In this document: positions 41,588 through 56,595 of the stretch, one piece after another
Layout of the letters: the number at the start of each line of letters is the position of its first letter
Numbering within the stretch: position 1 is the first letter of the stretch
Source of the DNA: the human T2T-CHM13v2.0 reference genome, Homo sapiens
Strand: one strand, 5' to 3'
Length of the DNA stretch: 64,000 nucleotides
Assembly: GCF_009914755.1 (NCBI RefSeq)
Contig: NC_060935.1
The notes under the pieces: generated by a model
What the model was told of the DNA's origin: nothing
The model's input: only the letters and a program-made list of their open reading frames with translations
Databases searched by the model: none
Program-made: the position numbers and the translations under genes

Positions 41588-44500
41588 TTTTTTAAATTTT
41601 TTTTTTATTATACTTTAAGTTCTGGGGTACATGTGCAGAATGTGCAGGTTCGTTACGTACGTATACATGTGCCATGGTGGTTTGCTGCACCCATCAACTC
41701 GTCATCTACATTAGGCATTTCTCCTAATACTATCCCTCCCCTAGCCCCCCACCCCCCGACAGGCCCTGGTGTCTGATGTTCCCCTCCATGTATCCATGTG
41801 CCATGTGTTCTCATTGTTCAACTCCCACTTATGAATGAGAACATCCAGTGTTTGGTTTTTGGTTCTTGTGTTAGTTTGCTGAGAATGATGGTTTCCAGCT
41901 TCATCCATGTCCCTGAAAAGGACATGAACTCATCCTTTTTATGGCTGCATAGAATTCCATGGTGTATATGTGCCACATGTCTTTATCCACTCTATCATTG
42001 ATGGGCATTTGGGTTGGTTCCAAATCTTTGCTATTGTGAACAGTGCTGCAATAAACATACGTGTGCATGCGTCTTTATAGTAAAATGATTTATAATCCTT
42101 TGGGGGTATATACCCAGTAATGGGATTGCTGGGTCAAATGGTATTTCTAGTTCTAGATCCTTGAGGAATTGCCACACTGTCTTACATAATGGTTGAACTA
42201 ATTTACACTCTCATCAACAGTATAAAAGTGTTCCTATTTCTCCACATCCTCTCCAGCATCTGTTGTTCCCTGACTTTTTAATGATTGCCATTCTAACTGA
42301 CATGAGATGGTATCTCATTGTGGTTTTGATTTGCATTTCTTCATATGTTTGTTGGCTGCATAAATGTCTTCTTTTGAAAAGTGTCTGTTCATATCCTTCA
42401 CCCACTAAATGGGTGGGTGGGTGTTTTTTTCTTGTAAATTTGTTTAAGTTCTTTATAAATTTGTTTAAGTTCTGGATATTAGCCCTTTGTCAGATGGATA
42501 GATTGCAAAAATTTTCTTCAATGTTGTAGGTTGCCTGTTCACTCTGATGAAGTTTCTTTTGCTGTGCAGAAGCTCTTTAATTAGATCCCTTTTGTCTATT
42601 TTGGTTTTGTTCCCATTGCTTTTGATATTTTAGTCATGAAGGCTTTGCCCATGCCTATGTCCTGAATAGTATTGCCTAGGTTTTCTTCTAAGGTTTTTAT
42701 GATTTTAGGTCTTAGGTTTAATTCTTTAATCCATCTTGGGTTAATTTTTGTATGAGGTGTAAGGAAGGGGTCCAGTTTCAGCTTTCTGCATATGGCTAGC
42801 CAGTTTTGCCAACACCATTTATTAAATAGGGAATCCTTTCCCCATTGCTTGTTTTTGTCAGGTTTGTCAAAGATCAGATGGTTGTAGATGTGTGGCATTA
42901 TTTCTGAGGCCTCTGTTCTGTCCCATTGGTCTATATATCTGTTTTGGTACCAGTACCATGCTGTTTTGGTTACTGTAGCCTTGTAGTATAGTTTGAAGTC
43001 AGTGTGATGTCTCCAGCTTTGTTCTTTTTGCTTAAGATTGTCTTGGCTAGGCAGACTCTTTTTTGGTTCCATATGAAATTTAAAGTAGTTTTTTTACAAT
43101 TCTGTGAAGAAAGTCATTGGTAGCTTGATGGGGATAGCATTGAATCTATAAATTACTTTGGGCAGTATGGCCATTTTCATGATATTGATTCTTACTATCC
43201 ATGAACATGGAATGTTTTTGCATTTGTTTATGTCCTCTCTTATTTCCTTGAGCAGTGGTTTGTAGTTCTCCTTCAAGAGGTCCTTCACGTCCCTTGTAAG
43301 TTGTATTCCTAGGTATTTTATTCTCTTTGTAGCAATTGTGAATGGGAGTTCACTCATGATTTGGTTCTCTGTTTTTCTGTTATTGGCGTATAGGAATGCT
43401 TGTGATTTTTGCACATTGATTTTGTATCCTGAGATGTTGCTGAAGTTGCTTATCAGGTTAAGGAGATTTTGGGCTGAGAAGATGGGGTTTTCTAAACATA
43501 CAATCATGTTATCTGCAAACAGAGACAATTTGACTTCCTGTTTTCCCAATTGAATACCCTTTATTTCCTTCTCTTGCTTGATTGCCCTGGCCAGAACTTC
43601 CAATACTATGTTGAATAGGAGCGGTGAGAGAGGGCATCCTTGTCTTGTGCCAGTTTTCAAAGGGAATGCTTCCAGTCTTTGCCCATTCAGTATGATATTG
43701 GCTGTGGGTTTGTCATAAATAGCTCTTATTATTTTGAGATACATTCCATCAATATCTAGTTTATTAAGAGTGTTTAGCATGAAGGGCTGTTGAATTTGTC
43801 CAAGGCCTTTTCTGCATCTATTGAGATAATCATGTGGTTTTTGTCTTTGGTTCTGTTTATGTGATGGATTACATTTATTGATTTTCTTATGTTGAACCAG
43901 CCTTGCATCCCAGGGATGAAGCCCACTTGATCATGGTGGATAAGCTTTTTGATGTGCTGCTGGATTTGGTTTGCCAGTATTTTACCGAGGATTTTCACAT
44001 TGATGTTCATCAAGGATATTGGCCTGAAATTTTCTTTTTTTGTTTTGTCTTTGCCAGGTTTTGGTATCAGGATGATGCTGGCCTCATAAAATGAGCCAGG
44101 GAGGATTCCTTCTTTTTCTATTATTTGGAATAGTTTCACAAGGAATGGTACTAGATCCTCTTTGTACCTCTGGTAAAATTTGGATGTGAATCCATCTAGT
44201 TCTGGACTTTTTTTGGTTGGTAGGCTATTAATTGCTGCCTCAATGTCAGAACTTCTTATTGGTCTTCTCAGGGATTTGACTTCTTCCTGGTTTAGTCTTG
44301 GGAGGGTGTATGTGTCCAGGAATTTATCCATTTCTTCTAGATTTTCTAGTTTGCTTACGTAGAGCTGTTTATAGTATTCTCTGATGGTAGTTTGTATTTC
44401 TGTGGGATTGGTGGTGATATCCCCTTTATCATTTTCTATTGCATCTTATTTGATTCTTTTCTCTTTTCTTCTGTATTAGTCTGGCTAGCAGTCTATTTTG

Positions 44501-45578
44501 TTGATCTTTTCAAAAAACGACCTCCTGGATTCACTGATTTTTTGAAGGGTTTTTTGTGTCTCTATCTCCTTCAGTTCTGCTCTGATCTTAGTTATTTCTT
44601 GTCTTCTGCTAGCTTTTGAATTTGTTTGCTCTTGCTTCTCTAGTTCTTTTAATTGTGATCTCAGGGTGTCGATTTTAGATCTTTCCTGCTTTCTCTTGTG
44701 GGCATTTAGTGCTATAAATTTCCCTCTACACACTGCTTTAAATGTGTCCCAGATATTCTAGTATGTTGTATCTTTGTTCTCATTGGTTTCAAAGAACATC
44801 TTTATTTCTGCCTTCATTTCCTTATGTACCCAGTAGTCATTCAGGAGCAGGTTGTTCAGTTTCCATGTAGTTGTGTGGTTTTGAGTGAGTTTCTTATTCA
44901 TGAGTTCTAATTTGATTGCACTGTGGTCTGAGAGTCTGTTTGCTATGATTTCCATTCTTTTGCATTTGCTGAGGAGTGTTTTACTTCCGATTATGTGGTC
45001 AATTTTAGAATAAGTGTGATGTGGTGCTGAGAAGAACATATTTTCTGTTGATGTGGGGTTGAGAGTTCTGTAGATGTCTATTAGGTGTGCTTGGTCCAGA
45101 GATGAGCTCAAGTCCTGGATATCCTTGTTAATTTTCTGTTTTGTTCATCTGTCTAATATTGACAGTAGGGTGTTAAAGTCTCCCACTGTTATTGTGTGGG
45201 AGTCTAAGTCTCTTTGTAGGTCTCTAAGGACTTGCTTTATGAATCTGGGTGCTCCTGTTTTGGGTGCATATATATTTAGGATAGTGAGCTCTTCTTGTTG
45301 CATTGATCTCTTTACCGTCATGTAATGGCCTTCTTTGTATCTTTTTATCTTTCTTGGTTTAAAGTCTGTTTTATTGGAGACTAGGATTGCAACTCTGCTT
45401 TTTTTTTTTTTTTTGCTTTCCATTTGCTTGGTAAATATTCCTTCATCCCTTTATTTTGAGCCTATGTCTGTCTTTGCACGTGAGATGGGTCTCCTGAATA
45501 CAGCACACTGAAGGGTCTGGGCTCTTTATCCAATTTGTCAGTCTGTGTCTTTTGATTGGGGCATTTAGCCTGTTTACA
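41588..45578 (-). mobile_element. 5'-truncated L1PA (about PA6-PA8 age): degenerate ORF2, 3'UTR and poly(A)
   Basis: Minus-strand ORF fragments match L1 ORF2 endonuclease ([22 protein letters not shown]), RT ([22 protein letters not shown]) and C-terminal regions with frameshifts; 3'UTR tattatactttaagttctggggtacatgtgcag. Confidence 0.97.
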
Positions 45579-45817
45579 ATAGGAATGCCCGTAAGTGGAG
45601 TCATGGGTGACAATCAAATGCAGAACTGAAATCAATGGAAATCCAATCATTTACATTTAACTTTGTCATTCATTTGCAATATGAGGATAGTAAATGTTCT
45701 TTGAAACATCCAGGCCCTGGCCTGTTTCCTTTGTCAACTATGTGACTGTCATAAATTGATTGGCTTTTGTTTTGCCACACTCTCCAGGGCAGACTAAAGC
45801 ATATCTCTTTATTTTAA

Positions 45818-46178
<361 letters not shown>

Positions 46179-47369
46179 TGTCTCCATTTTTAATAGAGAG
46201 AGGGAGTGCAATGAGAGAGAAGCTAACTATTCCACTTAACATTTCTACTACAAGTAGAAATGCTCCCTGCCAGCGGTTGATTCTAGAGATGTCTTAGCCT
46301 CCACCATCCCTGTTTAATGAAGTCTAATAACAGGCCTCTCTTTACCCCTCACATCTCTCCTTAGATTGAAATGTCACTGTGCCTCCTCACAGTGCACGGC
46401 AAAAGCATCTCCCCACCCACCCCCCATGCTTATCCAGCGTTGATTCCTCACTGTGTGTGTCAGTCATCTCCTCCTCTCGAATTTCACAGCATGATCAAAT
46501 CTCACATCTCCCAAGCTCCTCCCATATATCCTCTGCCCTTCTCATCCCTCTTGCAGCCCACTGTGTTTCTACTCCCCCTGTCTACACCTGTGTTCTCAGG
46601 TAGTCTCACTCCTCTCATAGTTTCTCTTGTCACTTTCTCATTCCCAAACCTCCTTTTTTCCCCACAAGTGTCCATGCATTCCTGTGTTTTGCAGTACCTG
46701 AACAGTTCATAGACCATTTTCACCGGCCTTGTTTCATTTAGCTGAAAATAACCCTGGGAGGAAAATAGATATTGGTACCATTTCATATATGAAGCTGAGG
46801 CTGCTAGGATCAGGTGATTTGCTCTGTTATGGGTATTCAGAAGGAACTACAGGGAGAGCTGAAGACCTCTAACTCTAAATCCTGTTCCCTTCCCCTGTAC
46901 TACACTGCCTCCTTCATCTAAGTGCTTTTCTTTTCAATCCTTTAATTGCTCATCCAACATATATGATTGAGTGGCTGTTTTTGTACCAGCAGTGTGGATA
47001 CAGTAAGGAGCAAGGTAGACATGGTGTCAGTCCTCATCAAATGCACAATCTGGTGATCCTTCTCATCTGCTGCTCAAATGCCTCTCACTCTTGGACATGC
47101 CACTATTCCATTATACAAGTAGAGATTGGAGATTAGAAGATCCTAGCTGCCTAATGGCTTCTTCAGTCTATTGCTGGAAATTCCTTAGCATGACTGTTTG
47201 AAACAGCTCCATTCTTTATTTTTGGCTTTAATAACATTACCAGGATTCTCATTCAATCAACTAATATATCACCTACTACTCTGCTTCACAGTCAAAAGCT
47301 TAGTGTTAGGGCACAAAGTTACCTCTTACCCTTGAAGAGAGTTGCAGAGCAAGTGGCAGTCAGGAAAAT

Positions 47370-47535
47370 GCCACATTTCCCCATTCTTAAACTTACTCTT
47401 TTTTTGTATTTTAACATCTCTGAAAATTAGATGCTATTTTACTTATAACTGGAAGCATTTAAAAAATTCTTAGAAATATAAAATAATGGTACATCTTATG
47501 TCATATTCTAACAGAAGTGTATAAAACTACGTGAA
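47370..47535. mobile_element. Possible MER104-like DNA transposon fragment
   Basis: ttttaacatctctgaaaattagatgc...aataatggtacatctta; recalled similarity only. Confidence 0.4.
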
Positions 47536-48189
47536 AGCCTGTGGGAAAGTGGTAACCCCCTGGAGGAACTGGGAAACATTTCTCTGAGGAGGTAGCAGAT
47601 GGGCCTTTCAGTGGCTTTTTATTAACCAGGATTATAACAAGCAAACTACGCCAACCATTTTGTTTGTTCATTCTACTAACATGCTTAATATGAGCCTCTA
47701 TTGTGAGCTTAGCACTTGGTGAACAGAAGATCATCCTCCATTGTAGTAGAGAAGACAGACATACATTACCAATTACAAGACTGCATGTATTTTTAACTAT
47801 GATATCTCAAAGTGTATATCAGAAGTACAGTTTGCTTGTGAGAGTGCATATGAGGGTGTCGTGAAAGTACGAGCCGAGAGCTCTTTACACAGACAGGTAA
47901 AAATTATTAGGCAAGGAATGGGAGAAAGGGTTGAGAGGGAAGAACATTTCAGGTAGAGGGGAAAAGATGTACAAGGGCCCTAAGATGGGAAGGAGCACGG
48001 GTTGTTTGAGCAAGTAGAAGACTGGAGTGACTGGATCCCAAAGAGTGGTGGGGAGTGGGATTCAAGAGGAGGCTGAAAAAGTAGCCTAGATCAATGGACC
48101 CACAGGATTTTCATCTTTAAGAGCCAGACACCTTCTAAGCACTCTTGCCTTGCAAGGTAATATAACTGAGGTTGTGTCTTCCCCTCCAG

Positions 48190-48273
48190 GCTCACCTTGT
48201 GGCTGCCTTTGAACAGAGTCTTGGTAACATGACAATCAGGCTCCAGAGTCTGACCATGACAGCTGAGCAGAAG
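48190..48273 (+). CDS. NAV2: NAV2 exon M, 84 nt, phase 0 (coiled coil)
   Basis: ctccag|GCTCAC...CAGAAG|gtaagg; AHLVAAFEQSLGNMTIRLQSLTMTAEQK. Confidence 0.94.
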
Positions 48274-48630
48274 GTAAGGCAGAAAGGATACTTTAACCCT
48301 CCCTACTTGGAGTTAACAACAAACTTGAAAATACTATTCTTTCATTTCAGATCATTGTGTGGATGTTAATGTATTTCTTGAACTGTTAAAGTTTAATTGT
48401 AAGGAGTCCAATCTGTTGAGTGAAAATATGACAGATTGATAATGGCATCAATGATAGATCTTGTAGTTATAATCCTACTTTTATGTGTTTTTTCATGCCT
48501 GTTGATCCATCTGAAAGGTTTTGTTGAGCTACTTCATTCCCGCTCCTCCTGTGTTGAAGCCAAGTTGTACTTCAGTTGAACTCTGTACAGAATGATTTTA
48601 GGCTGACCAATAATTTTTTCTGTTCCCTAG

Positions 48631-48742
48631 GATTCAGAACTGAATGAGTTAAGAAAAACCATTGAGCTGCTAAAGAAACAGAACGCAGCTGCCCAGGCTG
48701 CCATTAATGGAGTAATTAACACACCTGAGCTCAACTGCAAAG
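48631..48742 (+). CDS. NAV2: NAV2 exon N, 112 nt, phase 0 to 1
   Basis: ccctag|GATTCA...TGCAAAG|gtaaag; DSELNELRKTIELLKKQN...PELNCK. Confidence 0.94.
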
Positions 48743-49101
48743 GTAAAGTAAGGGAAACAGCCTTTAGCCAGAAGACCTGCCTGCCCTTAGGAGCCCTCCC
48801 CTGACATCATATGATGCAACCTCCTTGCTAGAAGACAGTGTCTGCGTAATTCAGCTCCCTGTCAGGCGAGCAGGAACTGGAAGGCAAACACCTTTAATCA
48901 AGTCACTTCTGGCCTCTACAAAGATGGCTATGGTAGTTCATCTTCTTCTCTGATATATCTGAAAAATGGAAGAAAACATGTTTCTATTGGCAGAGTGTTA
49001 AAGTATTTTACAACCCTTAATTTCACTAGCACTTTGATATTTGCATGCTGATATATGGCATAAGCTGAACTGAGTTCCTCCCTTATTTGTCCAAGAAAAG
49101 A

Positions 49102-49395
<294 letters not shown>

Positions 49396-49679
49396 TAGGA
49401 AAACGTTTCTAAGTGAATTATTTTGTCCTTGTGCATCTTGGGGTAATGTAGGAGTGCAGGTGACTTAGCTCTCATAACAATAATATTAACAGTAATAGTA
49501 ATCACAGAAGTAATATGGAGAGCTAGGATTTATGGAACACTTACTACGTTCTAAGGGCAGTGCCAAGTGTTTCAATGATTTCATTATCTGGTTTTCTTTC
49601 TACAACAATCTTGTGAGTGTGATTCTGTTCTTTCCTCCTTGTACTGATGAGGACACTAGTGTTCATAGATGAGAGTCAC

Positions 49680-49978
49680 TTTCTTTTTCTTTTTTTGAGA
49701 CGGAGTCTCACTCTGTTGCCCAGGCTGGAGTGCACTGGCATGATCTCCGCTCACTGTAACCTCTGCCTCCTGCGTTCAAGTGATTCTCCTGCCTCCACCT
49801 CCTGAGTAGCTGGGACTACAGGCGCATGCGAACACGCCTGGCTGGTTTTTGTATTTTTAGTAGAGACAGGGTTTCACCATGTTGGCCAGGCTGGTCTCGA
49901 ACTTCTGACCTCAAGTGATCTGCCTGCTTTGGCTTCTTAAAGTGCTGGGATTACAGGCATGATCCACTACACCCGGCC
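49680..49978 (-). mobile_element. Alu (AluS)
   Basis: Full dimer; TSD gag(a/g)gtcacttt. Confidence 0.94.
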
Positions 49979-50701
49979 GAGGGTCACTTTTTAAGGTCAG
50001 GGATTAGGGAGAAACTGAAGTGGGGCTAGAACCTGATGAGTTGGTTTGACCCTACAACTAGTGTTCTCAAAGACCAGCCTTTAGGTGTAGTTCTGTCCTC
50101 ATGAGAAAAACTATCTGCAAACTTTATGTCAGATATCACACATTTTCAATATCGGTGTTGTTTAGTCTATTGGGCCTCCCGAAAAAGTGATAATAGCTTT
50201 GAAATGGGAAGGATTTGCAAATGAGTTGGCTGGACAGAGTCAAGGGAAAAGAATATCCAGATAGAGGGATAGCACATGGAAGGGCCCTAGATGAGGCAGG
50301 CATGGCACTTCCAGAGGGCTGCAAGAAGGCCACTGTGACAGGAGCCCAGAGAGCAGGAGAGGGAGGGGGCTAGCAATGAAGGTGCCAACTGCTCAGTTCA
50401 CAAGCACATTTCCACACCTATCTAAAGCTTAAGAGCTGGTGTTGGGGAAATTCTCCCTACACCTCCCTTGACTTCTGTTTTGTAAAGTGGGGAGAGATAG
50501 ACCTCATTTAATTGACTGAACAGGGCAATGCACTCACCTATTCAAGGATCTTAGAAACAGCTGTAGGGATCAGAGTTGATGTATATGTGGAAAACACCCG
50601 GTAGTCCTCAGGTGGATGGGTTTTGCTTAAAGGGCAAAATCCTGAGATAAAGAATAGGGCTCAGGTTGGCAGCTGCTGAAACACCCTGCCTTGGTCTCCA
50701 G

Positions 50702-50847
50702 GAAACGGCACTGCCCAGTCTGCAGACCTCCGCATCCGCAGGCAGCACTCCTCAGACAGCGTCTCCAGCATCAACAGTGCCACCAGCCACTCCAGTGTGG
50801 GCAGCAACATAGAGAGTGACTCAAAGAAGAAGAAGAGGAAGAACTGG
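50702..50847 (+). CDS. NAV2: NAV2 exon O, 146 nt, phase 1 to 0
   Basis: ctccag|GAAAC...AACTGG|gtgagt; (G)NGTAQSADLRIRRQHSSDSVSS...KKKKRKNW. Confidence 0.94.
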
Positions 50848-53230
50848 GTGAGTGCACATCTACTCTCCTGGGGACTGACGGACAGAGTCAGTTGCAGAAC
50901 TGGCTGCTGCATCTCCCCAGATAAAGTCCAGCCCAGCTACTATCTGTGGAACATAGCACTTTGGGCGTAGATCCCAGGAAATGGTTTGTGGATGGGTTTT
51001 TACTAAAATCAATATTGTACTCAGCAAAACACTAGAATCTGTAACATCCCTACCACTTTGTATTTTTTTCTCTTTCATGAGACTTTTCATAAAGTACTCA
51101 TCTTTCATTTCATATGTGTGTCATTTCTTCCTCATTATATGTTGGCCACAAAGTTTCAGGTACTAGAGGAAAGTTATTCTGAAATGGTTTCTTCATAGAT
51201 CCAAAATATTTTTTTTGAGCATATTGCTAGTTATCCCATCTTTAGCCGTAATCTTTATCTATTTATTTACACAAATGCCTAGGGATATCATCAAACCAAC
51301 CCTCTCTTTGAAAACTTTTTGACCATGTCCTATAAATAAAAGTGTCCTAATGTCAGTGTTAGAAGTTAGCAAGTAGTTCTAAACCAGGGGTTGTACCTCA
51401 AATAGCAAGTTTAATAGAATCAGTCTCCATTACAGTGTTTCTCCATGTTTCATAATCCCAGTGAGTTATTTGAATTTCTGGACAGTGGTGCCTTGAGTGG
51501 TTTTTTCCACTCTCCTAGAAAAATTCCACCCCTCACTCTCCATCCAGTTTTTTAATTCTTCTTTAAAGGCTACAGAGCTCTGACTGAGATTTGCTATCCC
51601 TTGTCTTCAGTGCAAGAATATCTCAAGTTGATCTGGAGTTGACCAGTGGCCCCGTTCCCCATTTGTGCTGACGGCATCCTGTTTCACTAGTAGCTTCAGT
51701 GTCCTCATTCATTCTGTACACTTCTCACTCATTTTGTGTTATCTTGGATGGGTGGCGAGGTCTAGTGATACAGACATCAGGGGTTTAGTAATTTTGGTTG
51801 TCAATGACTTGCATTGGAAGCAAGCTAAAAAGCCAGTCTAGTGTGACCCTCTCATCTTTCTGATTAAATTTTCTTTTTTAAGTTACTAATGGCTCTTAGT
51901 CAACTTATTTGTTATGACTAAACACAGATAGGATTAATTCATATTGCTGTCTCTAATATGCAATCGATAAACAAGGTCAGCTTTGATTTTCAAAGTGACG
52001 AGAGAGATATTTTCTACGAAAAATAGTGGTTATTCCATTTTCTTCAAGAAATAAAACGTGCTTATGTTGCTTTAAGACAACTCCCGCTTATCAGTCAAAT
52101 CAGGGAAGATGGATAATTGGCATCCTCAGCTAATCCCAAAGCTTAGCTCTGTCTGATCTTTGTAATCTCCTCTTCCACCTGGCTTTTCACCAGAGGTAGA
52201 GGCAAGGATTTCAGGTGATGGCTTGTGTCCCTAATCCTTCTGTTTCTGTGACTGCTCTCTGGAAATATTATCAGAGGTAGGAAATGGGAGAGAAAAGGGA
52301 TCTAGATTTGCCCACAAGCTGGACATGTGGTTTATTATAGATGAAACCTGTTGATGGGAGAAAAATCTCATCAGTTTTTAGAATGGCCTGTTTTCTGAAT
52401 TTTTCAGTGGCTAAGAAAACCCCTGGAACGTATTTTCACAAGGAAAAAAGACTTTAGAAAAAGGAAATTACTTTTAAAAGGCCTGTTTTCAAGATGAAAC
52501 ATTAGTTTTTGGCCTAGAAAAATCTGATTATGGCTTTCAGAGAAGACATTGCATTTTAATTCTTTATGTTCTCATTAAAATGTTTAGGTATCCATTTCCT
52601 GCAACAGAGGCGGGGGGGAAAGAATTTTCAGATCCATCTCATGATTTGGGGAAATTGTAATATACTAGTTCCTTTTCCCCCCATATGGTTAATAAATTTC
52701 TTTAAAATAACCATTTTCTGAGTAACAAGTGACATGGCTAATTTGCTGCTTATTAGATTATCTTCTTATATACACAAATAGCTGAAACTCCTAAGTGGAT
52801 AGGTTAAGGAGCTATACAGCCATCCAGGGCCAGTGTGACAGTGAAGCTAGAATTGCTCAAAAAGAAGACATCCTCTCCAACCTCCCCCAAAATTTAAAGC
52901 ACAGAGAGGTGACTGACAAGAAAAAAGAAGAGAATGAGAAGCACAGGAAGGTGGGAGGCAGCCATTTCAGCCAGACAGGGAAAAGCTGGAAGAACTGGAA
53001 TTGTAGAGGACTCCCCAACCTGCTATTCCCTTCCTTTCAGAAGGGAGGAACATGCCCCCAGTGCTTTTAAAGATTTGTGTTCCTACTGGAAACCTCCCCT
53101 GTGTGTGGTGTTTATTATTAGCCATGTTGTGTCTGAAAGTCCGAAGCTTTCCCTGTCACTGGCTTTCTCTGTTAAAAAATTGTCTTTTTTCCTCCCCCTT
53201 CCCCATTTTTGCTTGCGTTTTCTCTGGCAG

Positions 53231-53239
53231 GTCAATGAG
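53231..53239 (+). CDS. NAV2: NAV2 exon P, 9-nt microexon (Val-Asn-Glu)
   Basis: Long pyrimidine tract ...tctctggcag|GTCAATGAG|gtaagc; phase 0/0, fits between ..KNW and LRSSF.. Confidence 0.85.
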
Positions 53240-53645
53240 GTAAGCAAGACCAACTTTAATATCAGATACCAAGCTAACCCATCCATTGATATGACTAACC
53301 TCATCCGCATCCATCACCGTGTCTGAGCATCCTGCTTTGTTGCTGTGTAACCTCATCTTCCCAACATCCATCTGCTGAGCCAGACTCTGTGTTGCTGTTG
53401 GCATCTAGTCTTGAACCAAGAGTAGGCATGGAATGTTACCCACAGATGCAGTCCCTCAAGCTGGCAACACCAGATAACTCTTCCTCCCTTAATGCACTGA
53501 TTCAAAAGAGCTCTTGGGAACCTCTTCCATTGGTGGGGGGAAAAACATGGGAGAATTAATCGCTTTTTTGTGTGCATGTCTCTGTTTTGCCAAGGCCTAA
53601 GCATTGGTTGCCCCCGCTGTGAGACTGACAGTCTTGTATATTCAG

Positions 53646-53818
53646 TTACGCAGCTCCTTCAAGCAAGCTTTCGGGAAGAAGAAGTCCCCAAAATCTGCGT
53701 CCTCTCATTCAGATATTGAGGAGATGACGGATTCTTCTTTGCCTTCCTCACCAAAGTTACCGCACAATGGGTCCACAGGTTCCACCCCACTGCTGAGGAA
53801 TTCTCACTCCAACTCTCT
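53646..53818 (+). CDS. NAV2: NAV2 exon Q, 173 nt, phase 0 to 2
   Basis: attcag|TTACGC...TCTCT|gtaagt; LRSSFKQAFGKKKSPKS...RNSHSNS. Confidence 0.94.
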
Positions 53819-54715
53819 GTAAGTCTGTCTGTCTAGTCAGATAACATCTTTGGCCCCTGAGAACCTTCTCCAGTAGGAATGGCTAGGAGTCCTGTTATGA
53901 CACATCTGCTCCTTGGGATCCTTTATGCTTTGCTTTAATAGGGGACTGTGCATGTTCTTTCAATGCTTTAGGACTGGGAAAGTTGAAAGAGAAAAGAAAC
54001 TTAGGTTTTCGTTCTGATGGTGTCAATATCCATAACTAACTGGTTGGCCTTAAGCGGGTTACTTAAATTCTCTTTGTTTCCATACCTCTATATATCAATT
54101 TGGGATAATGGTTTTTGTGTACGTATCCTAGCCCTAAGAATTGGACGAGATAAATGGATATACAGGAGCTTGCTTCCTGCAGCAGTAAGAAAGGCTGGCC
54201 CTGCTCAGTAGGGCTGAATTTCTTTTGAAACCATGGTGTTCCAGGTCTAGAATTAAAGAACTGGAGCACAGGTAGTCTGCAAGGAAAGTTGTCAGAGAGA
54301 TGAGACAGTGCATGGGAGAAGAGGGAAGTCATGGCCAGGGTCAGGACAGCCACTGAGATAGGGTTAGAGAAAGAAGTTTGGTTGTATAAACTTCAGTTTC
54401 CTCACTAGTAAAAATAGGGTTCATTACATCTACTTCACTGGATTCTTGGGAAGGCCAAGTTAAATACTATGCATGAAGGGCCTTTTCCATGCTGTTCCAT
54501 CTTTCTTCATTCTCAGGGGGCCAGGTCTGTGCCGCTGACCCTAAGTCCACTTAACCAGCCAGCCCACTGAAGACAGCATAAGTGTCTTAAGGCCCTGCCT
54601 TAGCAGCTTACCAGATGGGTAGAGGGAGTACAGGCAAAATCAGCCTGTCCAGAGGCCAGATCTTTGTAGTATACCAACTGCATGGGAGTGGAAGAGAGGA
54701 AACAGAGGTTAGTAG

Positions 54716-55038
<323 letters not shown>

Positions 55039-55543
55039 AGGGTTATGACTTTTAAGCAACCTCACCCACTATTGAAACATGGCCCTGTCAGGGTCTCTAC
55101 TTTACTGAGTTAGATGATCAATTCCTCTTTTCTTGGAGAACACCCTAGTAAGAGGTAGCCACAGGGGTGTGTACTTCCTACTGCTATGGGTGAGGGTAAA
55201 ATTGAATGGGGGAAGGAAGAAGGACACTGAGGGACTGGACTTCGGTTTGGCCCTGCAGTGCCCAGCCCAGTGTCCTGTGTTATTTTGAGTGAAGAATTAG
55301 ACAAATTACTGAGAGAGTGTGTCCTCCTCCATCTGCAGAGTGCCTAAGGAAAGAGTAAAGAACCAGTTGCCTGTGACTCTCACACATGCCATCATCCCAA
55401 AGCATCCCAACTCAGTTGTCTCCTGACCAGGAGAAAAAGGAACTCATCATGTCTTCTTTATTTATTGATTTAAACTTTCTGTATAGCAACCTGTGTGAGC
55501 AGAGCACTATTCCAGATGCTCTGAAGAGACCAAAAAGGGGTTA

Positions 55544-55850
<307 letters not shown>

Positions 55851-56204
55851 GTTAAACAGATTCTCCACCCCTGAGAAGAGTAAATACTAGTGGAGACATG
55901 ACATAGTACAGTTCATTCTACTCCTGAACTTTCACTCTGAAGGCCCCATTCTCAGTTGTGGTTACGATAAAGTACAAGACAAAGTTCCTACTCATGGACC
56001 CTGTATACCAAGAGAGGAGATGAATGTTAAACAAATAAATCCTGAATAAACTAGGAAAATTAGAGAGTGCTAAGGGCTAATGCTGTGAATTAAAACAGTG
56101 CTGAGATACAGAGTACCTTGGCAGCAACTTTAGATGGGGTGGTCAGAAAAGAGCCCTCTGAGTAGGTGACATTTCAGCTGAATCTGCATGCCAGGGGGAG
56201 CCAC

Positions 56205-56595
56205 TGGGTTAGTTTCAGCGGGTAACATTAGCTGCTGTAACAAACTCAGCCCAACGCTCAGCAGCTTTACATGTGACTGTTTATTTCTTGCTCACTCCAA
56301 ACCCAGTGCAGATAGTCCTAGTCAGCAGGTGGCCTGCCCTCTAGTGATGTAGGCACTGAGGCTCCCGCCATCCACAGGGCCCAGTCCACTGCTCAACATT
56401 CTGTGTCCAGCCAGTGGGCGTGGGGCTTTGGAGAGTGCAGAGGAACCTGCAGGAGGGTTTTAAGGACCAGGCCTAGAAGAGGCTTATGTCGCCTCTTCCC
56501 ACAGTCCACTGACCAGGACTCAAAGCCATACCACCTGCAGCAGAAGAAGTGAAGGAGGAAATGGGCTTTGGTGAACACATAGCAGCCTCTGCCAC
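56205..56595. mobile_element. MLT1-type (ERVL-MaLR) solo LTR
   Basis: tagctgctgtaacaaac...tttatttcttgctcac...ttcccacagtccactgaccag...ggtgaacacatagcagcctctgccac. Confidence 0.65.

Noticed and set aside
42214-45423. L1 ORF2 pieces as an active reverse transcriptase gene
   Set aside because: Many frameshifts and stops, catalytic FADD changed to FADN, and no promoter or ORF1
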